From the IMG/VR virus record IMGVR_UViG_3300009161_000021: 64,000 nucleotides of DNA; one strand, written 5' to 3'. Positions 1 to 8,839 of the stretch are shown piece after piece. The translations under genes were made by a program, and so were the position numbers. The notes below the pieces were generated by a model. That model was not told the origin of the DNA. It saw only the letters and a program-made list of their open reading frames with translations, and searched no databases. This DNA comes from a virus. Lineage: Duplodnaviria > Caudoviricetes. The first letter of the stretch is position 1. Every line of letters begins with the position of its first letter.

Positions 1-689
1 CGCTGTATAGAAACACCGGTCGCTCCTCCGTTCAGAGTGACGCTGGATCCGCTGATGAAGATCTTTTGTCCAGCGGGAACTCCCAGGACAAGGTCTCTTG
101 ATGATGCTGCAATGATCTTTGCTGCATTTGTTGATACAGTTGTTAGAGGGGTATAAGATCCCGACGTGACGTTGAGGTAGCTCGATGGACTACCTGCAAC
201 GTCGTTACTGAAATCAACTCCGCTGGGTGTTCCCGAGTTTGATGACCTTATGTCGATGCAAGATCCGCTCACGGTAACCTGCGTACCCGCCCCCGCCGCG
301 GCAGCGAGAACAAGGCTCTTACCCGACGATGCTTGCAGCGTGGCTTGCTGGAGCGGTCCGCTGGCATCAGAGACGAATGTCGCGAATGATGTTCCACTGC
401 TCTGGAATGCAAGTCCGCTCGAGCCCGCTGATATGTTGAGAGCCGCGGCGGTTGACGTGATGTCACCACCATTGACCGCAAGGTCCCCGCTTAGCAGTGC
501 ATTCGAACCCGTGATATTTCCGGTGACTCGAAGGTCACTGGAGCCACTGATCACGCCGTTGACGAAGAACCTCACACCGGATGGGAGCGTGGGAAAGCTA
601 CCAGGCGGTGAGTCGGATATGATCAACGATCCCGTGACCGCCGTCGTCGAGGTGCCGTTGCTTCCTGATATTGTACCGATGAGTGCCAT
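1..689 (-). CDS. Ser/Gly/Thr-rich structural (tail-fibre-like) protein, partial, runs off the left edge
   Basis: Missing from ORF track. ATG at 689 reads MALIGTISGSNGTSTTAVTGSLIIS... with no stop to base 1; repeated SGS/TGS motifs; ATATTTA motif upstream (709-715). Confidence 0.65.
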   Translation of the reverse strand, partial: MALIGTISGSNGTSTTAVTGSLIISDSPPGSFPTLPSGVRFFVNGVISGSSDLRVTGNITGSNALLSGDLAVNGGDITSTAAALNISAGSSGLAFQSSGTSFATFVSDASGPLQQATLQASSGKSLVLAAAAGAGTQVTVSGSCIDIRSSNSGTPSGVDFSNDVAGSPSSYLNVTSGSYTPLTTVSTNAAKIIAASSRDLVLGVPAGQKIFISGSSVTLNGGATGVSIQ

Positions 690-752
690 GTTCAGCCGTC
701 CTACGGGCTAAATATCGGCTTCGCGGCGCTTCGAGGGCCTATCACCGCATCA

Positions 753-1037
753 TTAATCGACGATCGCTTCGAGGTACTCGATTCGTATCGTGGTGCGATG
801 ACCATCGATGATGACAAGGCACTCCTCGGGATCATCGGGAGGAAAGAGATCATCGGGGTACTCTGGAACGAACCTCGTGTAGGTTGGGTCGATCGCCCCC
901 AGAACCAGCACGATCTTGCCCTCCTCCTTCCACCCGTAACCGGAATCCTTCACGCGTAGGAGATCACCCACACGGACGGGCTGGGAGCAGCCGTACTTCG
1001 GCTCATCGACCCAGAAGAGGGGCTCAGCCCTGTCCAT
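753..1037 (-). CDS. small SH3/KOW-like hypothetical protein
   Basis: VRVGDLLRV...GKIVLVLG pattern; 14-nt overlap with ligase stop. Confidence 0.6.
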   Translation of the reverse strand: MDRAEPLFWVDEPKYGCSQPVRVGDLLRVKDSGYGWKEEGKIVLVLGAIDPTYTRFVPEYPDDLFPPDDPEECLVIIDGHRTTIRIEYLEAIVD

Positions 1038-2349
1038 TCATCCGCTCGTAGGCTGCGAGCACCTTGGGATCGACATCGGCAGCGTCCCTGAACCGGCAGA
1101 AGACCGGGAAACGCATCTTGCCGTCGGGGGTGAACGGGGGCTGGTGCTCGCACTCAGCGATCCGACCGATGTAGGTGTCAGGGCCGTTGCTGAAGATCCT
1201 GTCCTTCAGATCATCGCAGTAGCCCCCGCCGACCCGGGTTGTGACACCGTTGGGGGTCAGGATCACAAACCCACCAAACTGCCCAGCCCGCTTCGTGGAC
1301 TCCTTTGCCTCGTACCAACCGACGATGACTGCCTCTTCTGTCGCGACAGGCTTGAGCTTCAGGATCGCGTCGGAACGCTTCCACCGGTAGGGAGCTGCAG
1401 TATCCTTCAGCATCACCCCCTCGTATCCCTCATCGAGACACCCACTGTAGAACTCACGAAGCTCAGTCTCATTAGCGCAGGTCTTCGACTTGACGTAGCG
1501 GAACGGACCTGCTGCAACAGCAGGACCTGCACCGATCGCCGCCACCAAATTCTGGAGACGCTCTTCATAGGTGAGCTTTGAAGCCTGCGCTTGCCACTCT
1601 GCGAATGGAACGCAGTCGAAGACGTGGTAGCGCATGTCTCCGTCATCTTTCTTCGTCTTTGACGACATCATGACTGACGCAGAGTCCTCCCAGGAGGCAG
1701 CCATCGCCTCACCGTCGAGGACGATGTTGTCAGCCGGAAGCGCCTCGATCGCCGCCTTGATCCTGGGCAGGGTCTCAAGGGGCGTGCCGCTCCGGGTGAA
1801 CATGGTCACCTCACCGTTATGCTTCACGGCGATGCATCGGAGCCCGTCGAGCTTCGCCTCGACCCGGACGGGATACTTGATCGGATCGGTGATCGTGAAG
1901 TCGCCGTTGACGCCCTTCGTGGTCAGCGTGTCCGCGAGCGCCACCGCGAAGGGGACCACCGAGCCGGGCCAGATCTTGTTGATCGTTGTCGCCGAGACGC
2001 CGCACCGGAGGTTGCGCCACAGGAGACGCTCGGCCCATTTCTTGCCCAGATCATCGAAAGCAGAGATGGAGCCCTCGACAGCTCCACGTGCTTTGGAACC
2101 CGTCATCTTCCTGTCGTTGAGGAGGTCCAGGAGGTCCATGAAAGCGTTGAGCATCACGTCCCCGTGACCGTGCGATCCGAAGAAATCGACCTTGTCGTAC
2201 TTGATCACGCCCCAGTTCTTCCAGGGATCGGCCGCCATGACGAGGACCCGCCGCAGGGTCTCATTGTCCTTGTGTTCCCGGAGGAGAGCCTCCTTGAAGA
2301 GTCGGCTGTTGTCGGATTCAAGCGCTTCCAGGATCTCGATGGTATTCAT
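1024..2349 (-). CDS. lig: ATP-dependent DNA ligase
   Basis: Motif I EAKLDGLR, motif III LDGE, EGYEGVMLKD, KLKP, C-terminal OB RFPVF; T4-ligase-like N-terminus. Confidence 0.95.
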   Translation of the reverse strand: MNTIEILEALESDNSRLFKEALLREHKDNETLRRVLVMAADPWKNWGVIKYDKVDFFGSHGHGDVMLNAFMDLLDLLNDRKMTGSKARGAVEGSISAFDDLGKKWAERLLWRNLRCGVSATTINKIWPGSVVPFAVALADTLTTKGVNGDFTITDPIKYPVRVEAKLDGLRCIAVKHNGEVTMFTRSGTPLETLPRIKAAIEALPADNIVLDGEAMAASWEDSASVMMSSKTKKDDGDMRYHVFDCVPFAEWQAQASKLTYEERLQNLVAAIGAGPAVAAGPFRYVKSKTCANETELREFYSGCLDEGYEGVMLKDTAAPYRWKRSDAILKLKPVATEEAVIVGWYEAKESTKRAGQFGGFVILTPNGVTTRVGGGYCDDLKDRIFSNGPDTYIGRIAECEHQPPFTPDGKMRFPVFCRFRDAADVDPKVLAAYERMNGQG

Positions 2350-2370
2350 ATGGTTTGCTCCTTCCAGATT

Positions 2371-2399
2371 ATACTACCACACATCACCTTTTGTTGCAT
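2371..2399 (-). promoter_or_regulatory. sigma70-type early promoter
   Basis: ATGCAA-17nt-TAGTAT with TGG extended -10, upstream of ligase; same architecture recurs at least 14 times. Confidence 0.75.
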
Positions 2400-2599
2400 G
2401 GTTCGAATTCCCACCTGAGCATCTTGTAGAGCTGGTCATTTATCAGGACGATCCAGACGTCGTCCTGCGGTCGATCATGGTCGATCTCGTGGAGCTCAAT
2501 CAGGACTCCATAGAGGATCCCGTCCGATGGTGACTCACGAAGCATGAACGACTCGAGGACGTCCTCGTTCTGAATCACGACGAGATCGCCCGGATTCAT
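2384..2599 (-). CDS. MKPGDL-family small SH3/KOW-like protein
   Basis: MNPGDLVVIQ start at 2599 after GGAGA RBS; ATGA overlap with upstream gene. Confidence 0.7.
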   Translation of the reverse strand: MNPGDLVVIQNEDVLESFMLRESPSDGILYGVLIELHEIDHDRPQDDVWIVLINDQLYKMLRWEFEPCNKR

Positions 2600-2793
2600 A
2601 TCTCCTCTTGGCTCTCGACCCTCACGAGATCGTAGTCGTCCCACATGGATTCAATCTTCGAACCCCATATGACGTCGAGAAACCCGTTGTTGTCACGATC
2701 GAGAACGAGACCCAGATCAACCCATTTCCAGTCAGGGCGACTGATGTGGTACTTTCGACGTACGAGATCACCTGGGCTTATCCTACTCGACAT
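2596..2793 (-). CDS. MKPGDL-family small SH3/KOW-like protein
   Basis: MSSRISPGDLVRRK...GLVLD. Confidence 0.65.
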   Translation of the reverse strand: MSSRISPGDLVRRKYHISRPDWKWVDLGLVLDRDNNGFLDVIWGSKIESMWDDYDLVRVESQEEI

Positions 2794-3034
2794 CTTCTTC
2801 CATGATATCAACGTCATTCACGCTGACGTAGTGTCTCTTACCACCGTGAAGCAGGACGAGGATCTCATCGTAGCGTTCCCCCTCTCCTTCACCGAGCATC
2901 ATGGCATTGAGGGATCGATTTATAACAAGGGCGATCACCCCAACCGGCAGGTCGGGCGACCCGTACTTGACGTGGACGAGGCTGCCATCTTTGATTCCCT
3001 TAAAGTTACCGATCACGACGCGCTTATCCATCAT
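2783..3034 (-). CDS. small SH3/KOW-like hypothetical protein
   Basis: IKDGSLVHV...GVIALV; overlaps both neighbours. Confidence 0.6.
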   Translation of the reverse strand: MMDKRVVIGNFKGIKDGSLVHVKYGSPDLPVGVIALVINRSLNAMMLGEGEGERYDEILVLLHGGKRHYVSVNDVDIMEEDVE

Positions 3035-3398
3035 TGAGCACCTTCAGACACGGGTGACTTGTGTTCGTTGTCCCTCCGTCTCCCCACAGGATGAGAGCTT
3101 CTGGGTAGAGCTTGGGTTCTTTCTTGTCAAAGCGTGCCCAATCCGCGAGCACCCAACGGGTCATAAGGACAAGTCCCGTGTGCTTGTCCTTCCACATGGG
3201 GGTGTACCACCCATCCTTCAACTTTGCGTCCGGGTGCTCCACCCATCCGACGAGATCGCCGGGTCTGAGGGCGGGTTCGCATGATCTCTGGAAATCCGGC
3301 GGGGGCGCGTCGATGGGCCACGCGGTCCTGTACAAGATCTGACGCCAGTCCTCGCGTTGCTCGTATGATTCAAGGTCGGGTACTTCGGTCCGCTGCAT
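3024..3398 (-). CDS. hypothetical protein with internal PGDLV module
   Basis: ALRPGDLVGW; ATG 6 nt after a -10 box (leaderless). Confidence 0.65.
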   Translation of the reverse strand: MQRTEVPDLESYEQREDWRQILYRTAWPIDAPPPDFQRSCEPALRPGDLVGWVEHPDAKLKDGWYTPMWKDKHTGLVLMTRWVLADWARFDKKEPKLYPEALILWGDGGTTNTSHPCLKVLNDG

Positions 3399-3404
3399 GA
3401 TGGA

Positions 3405-3433
3405 ATATTACCACGCCCGTGGGCTGATTGCAC
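3405..3433 (-). promoter_or_regulatory. sigma70-type early promoter
   Basis: GTGCAA-17nt-TAATAT with TGG. Confidence 0.75.
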
Positions 3434-3437
3434 GAGT

Positions 3438-4028
3438 CTAGATTATCCATCCTGCTAGGATGAGCTTCCCGCCCTCGTCAAGGAAGCGCGGGTAAGAAAG
3501 GCGACCCTCACTGAGCATCTCCCTGACAAGAGACCTGATTCTACGTTCGTTCATCCCAAGCGCCGCGTACATGCGGTCTCCCGTTTCACGGCTTCCGTAC
3601 CTCTCGACAAAGTCTCCGACAGTTGTCCGAGAGATGGGACGACCGGGCTGGAGGACCCGCATCTCCCATTCGGTCGGATCACCACGTCCAGGAACCCAGT
3701 TTGGAATCCCACGTTTCTTGTAGTGTATGAGGGCCCCCGCGGTGAAACCAGCCATCGTCTCGAACTGAGCGTCGCGGTCGATCGATCGACCCCTGTGGTC
3801 GCTTCGCTCCCCGCTCCAGAGCATCTCGAACGGATTGCTGACCTTCACGTAGCCGAGTTGGTTGACAGCAAAATTGGAAGGATAATCCTCATCGAGGGGA
3901 ACACCGGGAAAGTAAGCCGAGAGATCATCATGCATCATCTCGTCCGGAACACCCTCGAATTCTCCCGCGGGCGCTATCCACGCTGCCGACTGAGCGCGAC
4001 GAAATGTTTCGGATGGAATGCTAAGCAT
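3438..4028 (-). CDS. hypothetical protein with C-terminal ERRIRSLVREMLSE motif
   Basis: 196-aa ORF; start uncertain. Confidence 0.6.
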   Translation of the reverse strand: MLSIPSETFRRAQSAAWIAPAGEFEGVPDEMMHDDLSAYFPGVPLDEDYPSNFAVNQLGYVKVSNPFEMLWSGERSDHRGRSIDRDAQFETMAGFTAGALIHYKKRGIPNWVPGRGDPTEWEMRVLQPGRPISRTTVGDFVERYGSRETGDRMYAALGMNERRIRSLVREMLSEGRLSYPRFLDEGGKLILAGWII

Positions 4029-4128
4029 CAGTAATCAGACTCCCTTATTACGTTTCGACCATATCCCCTCGAGGATCCTAAGAATCTCGTATGAGAAGTT
4101 GCCGAACATTACGTCCTAACTATGCTGC

Positions 4129-4338
4129 TCAACGAGCGAGTTCCTGTCGTCGCCACTTTCCGTGACCCTCATCGCAGAGGCAGATATTTTCGAATCCAAC
4201 GACGGGAGTAATGGACCGTGCAGGGGCGCAGGCAGCATCGCAAGCCTGCTGCTGCTTTAGATTTGATCCCAAATTAGCGAAGATGAAGACCGATGCCACG
4301 ATCAGGAGGATCGTCGCGAAAATATCATACCTGTCCAT
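4129..4338 (-). CDS. small membrane-anchored hypothetical protein
   Basis: N-terminal hydrophobic helix, CxxxC and CxC motifs. Confidence 0.6.
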   Translation of the reverse strand: MDRYDIFATILLIVASVFIFANLGSNLKQQQACDAACAPARSITPVVGFENICLCDEGHGKWRRQELAR

Positions 4339-4543
4339 CGATCACCTCAAATTCATTCTCGAACATCAGATGCTTCTCATCACGCCACAGGACCCGCCAA
4401 GAGCCGTGTGCTCCTGGATGCAGGCGTCGAGGGGTGGCCACCCGTTCAACGAGAACGCCGGGCGGGCAGTCGATGGGGCAGGGGTGATGAAGCTTGAGAT
4501 ACTGCTCATTCGGCTTCACCAGGAGTCCGGGTCGAAGAGTCAT
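4325..4543 (-). CDS. MKPGDL-like small SH3/KOW protein
   Basis: LRPGLLVK start; C-terminal FEVIDG encoded by the junction-like GAGGTGATCGATG. Confidence 0.6.
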   Translation of the reverse strand: MTLRPGLLVKPNEQYLKLHHPCPIDCPPGVLVERVATPRRLHPGAHGSWRVLWRDEKHLMFENEFEVIDGQV

Positions 4544-5661
4544 ACGATCACCTCACGAAGTCCGATGGCTGCCGTCAGGTTGTCGATGGGAACATCCGCT
4601 AGCCGGCCCCGGATCGTCCCACCCATCCTCCGGACGCCGAAGATGACACCCGACATCCGGAGGTCCTTCACCTGCAGGGCGAAGTCCTTCTGGTTCTCGA
4701 TCCCACGATTCGCCTCCCAGGCAGCCTCGAGCTCGGAGACGAGCGCCTCGAACTTGCCACGGATCTCGTCGAACTGCGGACCGTACTCCGGGAAGTAGGA
4801 GAGGAACTCGCCCTCCTCGCCGGTCCGGATGAGCTCGAGGAGGCGCTTCTTGGAGTTGCCCTCCTTCAGGTGGTGGATGGCGAGGTAGCCTGGGTGCTTC
4901 ACCTTCGCCCGGATCACCCGACCGTCGGGGAGGAACTGGGCCACCACGTAGCCCTCCATCTCGAGAGCCGGGAGCTCCTTGAAGGTCGATTCGATGTCGT
5001 CGATGTTCCCGAGGTCGTAGGACTTGCAGACCTCCAGCCCATCGTCTTCCCATTCCTCAGGCTCGACCTCCCGCCCATTATCGTTGACACGGGCACCAAG
5101 GAGGACGATTCGTTCTTCGGGCTGGGAACAGACGACCCGGTTGTGAAGGGTGCAGAGCTCGAAGCAGAAGGTGAACTGTTCCTCGGTGACTGGAGGAACG
5201 AAGAGCCCCTTACCGTTCCAGACCCGCCAGAAGAGCTCGGCGAAGGTGAACGGGTTGTCGCCGACCAGACCACCGGCGTCCGGGGATCCCTTGGTGGAGA
5301 CGTGCCACTCGTCGCGGTAGAACCACATGTTGAGGAGGGAACCGTCCTCCTTCTTGAAGACGACCGAGCTCCCGATGTCCGGGACCGGAGCACCCTGCTC
5401 GACGCCCTCGCCCCAGTTGAGGAACCGGTCGAAGGGACGGCAGACGTGGTCCCAGTTGAAGTCCTCGTCGAGGATGTGACCGCGCGCTGAGCGGACGATC
5501 GGGTCGAGCTTCGGTGACTCGATCTGGTCGTAGACGAAGAGGACGAGGTTCGGGAACCGGGGGTGGCGCTTCGACTTGATGCCGAGCCGAGCCTCCAGGT
5601 CCTGAAGGTTCCAGCCCGACCGAAGCGCGGCCTGCAGTGGTGATTCGTTGAGATAGCTCAT
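4540..5661 (-). CDS. RNA ligase, T4 Rnl1-like
   Basis: Motif I KEDGSL, TFCFEL, EGYVV, RAKVK; GGAGGAG RBS before ATG 5661. Confidence 0.85.
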   Translation of the reverse strand: MSYLNESPLQAALRSGWNLQDLEARLGIKSKRHPRFPNLVLFVYDQIESPKLDPIVRSARGHILDEDFNWDHVCRPFDRFLNWGEGVEQGAPVPDIGSSVVFKKEDGSLLNMWFYRDEWHVSTKGSPDAGGLVGDNPFTFAELFWRVWNGKGLFVPPVTEEQFTFCFELCTLHNRVVCSQPEERIVLLGARVNDNGREVEPEEWEDDGLEVCKSYDLGNIDDIESTFKELPALEMEGYVVAQFLPDGRVIRAKVKHPGYLAIHHLKEGNSKKRLLELIRTGEEGEFLSYFPEYGPQFDEIRGKFEALVSELEAAWEANRGIENQKDFALQVKDLRMSGVIFGVRRMGGTIRGRLADVPIDNLTAAIGLREVIV

Positions 5662-5678
5662 TTGCTGCTCCTCCAATC

Positions 5679-5707
5679 ATAATACCACGGCCTACCCGGG
5701 TTTGCAC
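5679..5707 (-). promoter_or_regulatory. sigma70-type early promoter
   Basis: GTGCAA-17nt-TATTAT with TGG. Confidence 0.75.
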
Positions 5708-5710
5708 CGT

Positions 5711-5944
5711 TTACCAGATCCCGTCCTCCAGATCCCATTCCTCAACCAGCTCCTCGTTCACCTCGTGCCGCCACTGGCAGACCCTGCAGAGTGAATCGAT
5801 CCGGCATTCATATGTGCCCTCACCCGGACGCGAGACGAGGCAGGGTGCCCCCTGGATGGCACTCTTGAGGTGCTCCACGAGCTCACGCAGATCCTCGATC
5901 TCCTTGGGTCCCCATTCGAGTCGAATCCCAGCGTGCGCGCTCAC
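5711..5944 (-). CDS. hypothetical protein
   Basis: GTG at 5944 coupled (GTGA) to upstream stop; CxxC near C-terminus. Confidence 0.5.
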   Translation of the reverse strand: MSAHAGIRLEWGPKEIEDLRELVEHLKSAIQGAPCLVSRPGEGTYECRIDSLCRVCQWRHEVNEELVEEWDLEDGIW

Positions 5945-6192
5945 TCGTCGTCCCGCTCGAGCCAGGCATGGTACTCCTTCAGCGTGAGGGTCGCGGAGTT
6001 CTTCCCCTTGAAGAGCTTTCGCGGGTTCTGGCACAGCCAACAGTTGCAGCCGAACCGCGACTCCACGAATCGACCCGCACGCTTCTCCAGACCCTCCTCA
6101 CCGTACCCTAGCTTCCGAAGGATCACCTTCGCGCGGGTCTTCTTGGACTCGGTCTTGCTTCTCCGGTATGCCTTGCCTCTTCCCATCACCAA
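5941..6192 (-). CDS. basic hypothetical protein with CxCxxC
   Basis: GCNCWLCQNPRK; coupled to neighbours. Confidence 0.6.
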   Translation of the reverse strand: MVMGRGKAYRRSKTESKKTRAKVILRKLGYGEEGLEKRAGRFVESRFGCNCWLCQNPRKLFKGKNSATLTLKEYHAWLERDDE

Positions 6193-6776
6193 TCTCCCTC
6201 TGGGTTTCCATCAACGATGTGGGCCCGGACGCGGCGACCCTTCTTGTTGTAGAGGATCACGCGCTCCTGGAGCATTCGAACCTCCCACTCGTCCTTGCTG
6301 AGCTTCTTCAGGCTGAAGGGCCCGTAGCCATCGATCCCGATGAACTCTTCCTTCCCATAGTGAACGTTGGTGTGCTCACTCTTGGTGTTCGCCTTCATCG
6401 CAGAGATGATATCACCCAGCTGTCCCACCTCGTCCCGAAGGTCATCGTTCTCGTCCTTCAGGACACGGATGTCCTCACAGAGGGTATTGAGCTCATATCG
6501 GGCATCATCCCGTTCAGCCACCACCTTCTCCGCGTAGACTGGCCCAACGAAACCGGGACCACGCTCGGTCTCAGGTGGGACAAGCTTCCGAAGACGATCA
6601 TTCTCTTCGTCGAGGTCCATTCCGGCCTGATGCGCCTCGTAGCACTCCTTCCGAAGACTATCGATCTCATCGAGGAGGACCCTTACCTGCTCATTGTTGA
6701 GCAGTGTCCCACCGGCATTGATGTGCTCACGGATAGACTCCTCGGTCAACCAGTCTCGTTCAATTCTCTGACTCAT
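6186..6776 (-). CDS. coiled-coil hypothetical protein
   Basis: Acidic heptad-like segments; GGAGA RBS. Confidence 0.65.
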   Translation of the reverse strand: MSQRIERDWLTEESIREHINAGGTLLNNEQVRVLLDEIDSLRKECYEAHQAGMDLDEENDRLRKLVPPETERGPGFVGPVYAEKVVAERDDARYELNTLCEDIRVLKDENDDLRDEVGQLGDIISAMKANTKSEHTNVHYGKEEFIGIDGYGPFSLKKLSKDEWEVRMLQERVILYNKKGRRVRAHIVDGNPEGDW

Positions 6777-6788
6777 GGGTTCTCCTTC

Positions 6789-7001
6789 CTACAAACCATA
6801 CAGTCCGCGGTTCTCGTTTACAAACAGGCGATACTTCTCAAGAGTGGGATGCGACCCATCCCTGTCGCTCGGGTGACGTGTCGCATCAATCATCTTAACG
6901 TGCCGTTCGAGTACATTCCAGAGCTCGATGATCGCCTTGTCACGATCCTGGATGTCCTCATCTCGAATGTCAGCCAGGTCGATCTGTCCCCAGTTTCTCA
7001 T
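6789..7001 (-). CDS. hypothetical protein
   Basis: ATGA coupling to upstream gene. Confidence 0.55.
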   Translation of the reverse strand: MRNWGQIDLADIRDEDIQDRDKAIIELWNVLERHVKMIDATRHPSDRDGSHPTLEKYRLFVNENRGLYGL

Positions 7002-7216
7002 GTGTTCTCCTTGTCTCTATCGTAATCATCAGTGGTATCGTTTACAAGGTTGACTTCGCGAGGTTTGAACCATGCGATACCGACCGGTGTCTGGACTCTC
7101 AACGGGTTCGGGTAGGCCCCAACTTCGATGATAAGACCGATCTGTTCCCAGTATTTCTCGGCATAATCCTTGTCGTATTCCGGCGTGCAGATCCTGACGA
7201 GGTCACCGGCTTTCAT
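6998..7216 (-). CDS. MKPGDL-family cassette (array member 7)
   Basis: MKAGDLVRI; 14-nt overlap 7203-7216. Confidence 0.75.
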   Translation of the reverse strand: MKAGDLVRICTPEYDKDYAEKYWEQIGLIIEVGAYPNPLRVQTPVGIAWFKPREVNLVNDTTDDYDRDKENT

Positions 7217-7412
7217 CGATCACCTCCAGATTCTCCTCCGCCCATGGTTGCATCTCACCATCGATCAGGACCCACCAGTCGCACCAACTGTTGATGGGAT
7301 GGCCGTCCTCGAGTGTGACGGGTTCGACGATCACTCCGGTGTGACCGAGGATATCGTCAGGGAGTTTCTCATCGTCTGAGTGGACAATCCTGACCAGATC
7401 ACCGGGCTTCAT
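7203..7412 (-). CDS. MKPGDL-family cassette (array member 6)
   Basis: MKPGDLVRI...LEVIDESR*. Confidence 0.8.
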   Translation of the reverse strand: MKPGDLVRIVHSDDEKLPDDILGHTGVIVEPVTLEDGHPINSWCDWWVLIDGEMQPWAEENLEVIDESR

Positions 7413-7596
7413 TGATGGGTCTCGAGCTATCGTGGAGAATGTTATACGACCAGCTGGCGCTCAGTTTGCCATTCACCAGGATGGACATGTGATGAGGCGA
7501 CCACCAAGGTAGGACGAGAAAGATAAGTCCGTTGAACTCCTTCTCGTTTGCGAAGAAAGCGTCATCGTGGAAGCGACGGAGATCACCGGGCTTCAT
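7399..7596 (-). CDS. MKPGDL-family cassette (array member 5)
   Basis: MKPGDLRRF...PINEAR*. Confidence 0.8.
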   Translation of the reverse strand: MKPGDLRRFHDDAFFANEKEFNGLIFLVLPWWSPHHMSILVNGKLSASWSYNILHDSSRPINEAR

Positions 7597-7789
7597 GGAT
7601 CACCTCGAGGAACCCCTTCCAGATGTTGCTGATTCCTCTATCTCCCTCATTTAGAACGCGCCAGAATTGGTCTTTTGGTTGAAGGTTCCTGGCATGCGGA
7701 GGAATCTCGATGAGAAGGCAGATCTTGCCGTGAAGGTGGGCCCAGCTCGCATCTGTGTTGTTGATACGCGCAAGATCACCGGGCTTCAT
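7583..7789 (-). CDS. MKPGDL-family cassette (array member 4)
   Basis: MKPGDLARI...LEVIHEAR*. Confidence 0.8.
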   Translation of the reverse strand: MKPGDLARINNTDASWAHLHGKICLLIEIPPHARNLQPKDQFWRVLNEGDRGISNIWKGFLEVIHEAR

Positions 7790-7994
7790 CGATCACCTCA
7801 AGCAAGTCACTGTCGCAAGTGTAAACCCTGGAGTTGAGCAGGTAGTCGACGAGAGTCAGATCCATACCGGGTAATCCAGGAAGCTCACCCTTTCTCACGT
7901 CAAGGACGAGGACGTAGATGTCTTCTTGCGCGGGGTGCAGGCCCGCCGCGGTCAAGTGCCGCTTCATAAATTTGGCTAGATCACCGGCTTTCAT
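7776..7994 (-). CDS. MKPGDL-family cassette (array member 3)
   Basis: MKAGDLAKF...LEVIDEAR*. Confidence 0.8.
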   Translation of the reverse strand: MKAGDLAKFMKRHLTAAGLHPAQEDIYVLVLDVRKGELPGLPGMDLTLVDYLLNSRVYTCDSDLLEVIDEAR

Positions 7995-8175
7995 CGATCA
8001 GCTCGAGGTCGCTCTCCAGCATGACCCACCCAGGGTTCCCATTGACCAAGAGTCTGAAGAGCGGCTCATCCATCTGGTGGCCGACCTCTTCGATGATCAC
8101 GCCGACGAGACCCTCATAGCGATCTGGTTCATCGTCCAGGGCTGGAATGATGTGGACGAGGTCACCCGGCTTCAT
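7981..8175 (-). CDS. MKPGDL-family cassette (array member 2)
   Basis: MKPGDLVHI...LELIDESR*. Confidence 0.8.
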   Translation of the reverse strand: MKPGDLVHIIPALDDEPDRYEGLVGVIIEEVGHQMDEPLFRLLVNGNPGWVMLESDLELIDESR

Positions 8176-8401
8176 CGATATTCACCGAGAAGATCGGTTG
8201 GACCCAGAGGGCATTACCGTTGACAAGGAAGCGGGCTTTTCCGTCTGGAATTCGTGCAGGCTCCAGGAACATTGCGACTGAACCGTCGGGAATGAAGACA
8301 TGATCGTCTGAGTCGGTGTGTGGCTCGGCATCTAACCAACCGTAGATTCCAGCGAGACTGACGTGCTTGCTCCTGATCCTGACGAGGTCACCGGGTTTCA
8401 T
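8162..8401 (-). CDS. MKPGDL-family cassette (array member 1)
   Basis: MKPGDLVRI from ATG 8401 ...NIDEAG*; directly behind promoter 8426-8454. Confidence 0.8.
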   Translation of the reverse strand: MKPGDLVRIRSKHVSLAGIYGWLDAEPHTDSDDHVFIPDGSVAMFLEPARIPDGKARFLVNGNALWVQPIFSVNIDEAG

Positions 8402-8425
8402 GATGCTATTGTTCCTCATGGTCCT

Positions 8426-8454
8426 ATTGTACCATACCCTCGCCCCTGTTGCGC
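8426..8454 (-). promoter_or_regulatory. sigma70-type early promoter driving the cassette array
   Basis: GCGCAA-17nt-TACAAT with TGG. Confidence 0.7.
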
Positions 8455-8458
8455 GGGA

Positions 8459-8755
8459 TCACTCGACCCCACCATGTTCTACTGCCCATCGAGGGTTGAA
8501 TTTGTGCTCTTCGCTCTCATGACACAGCATAAAATCCAATCTGCCGCCAAAATTTGCCAAGATGGAACCGTCAGGTTTAAACTTCAAGTCTACTTCATCG
8601 AGTGCTTTATCAAAGCGATCTATGTGAAAGATGATATCGAAGGCTGACTCTTTTTCAATTCTGACGCGAAGGGCATCGATTGAGGAATAAGAGTGATAGA
8701 AAGCTACGTCTTTGATCAGTTCACTTGAAACTACGCAGTTGTATGATTCATTCAT
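8459..8755 (-). CDS. hypothetical protein
   Basis: ATG 8755 (MNESY) after AGGAG. Confidence 0.55.
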   Translation of the reverse strand: MNESYNCVVSSELIKDVAFYHSYSSIDALRVRIEKESAFDIIFHIDRFDKALDEVDLKFKPDGSILANFGGRLDFMLCHESEEHKFNPRWAVEHGGVE

Positions 8756-8839
8756 CGTTGTCTGTCTCCTTGTTGAATCCTGCCAGTCTGGCAATCTCAC
8801 GCCATCCTGGACGACCGTTGGTGTCAATGATGTTCTGGG

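Larger units (their letters stand above)
7200..8401 (-). repeat. dispersed ~27-nt cassette-junction repeat, consensus GAGGTGATCGATGAARSCCGGTGAYCT (coding strand)
   Basis: Copies at 7200-7226, 7396-7422, 7580-7606, 7773-7799, 7978-8004, 8159-8185 and a half copy at 8388-8401; further copies at 12381-12407 and 13133-13159. Confidence 0.85.

Noticed and set aside
250-711. Plus-strand 153-aa ORF
   Set aside because: Shadow of the minus-strand gene starting at 689, which has the upstream motif and structural-protein composition.
2398-2420. GGTTCGAATTCCC resembling a tRNA T-arm
   Set aside because: Lies inside the 3' end of a CDS; no acceptor, D or anticodon stems.
7200-8401. Regularly spaced repeats as a CRISPR array or integron attC sites
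   Set aside because: Spacers are about 170-200 nt intact ORFs; repeats are degenerate and lack an attC hairpin; no cas or integrase gene in the window.
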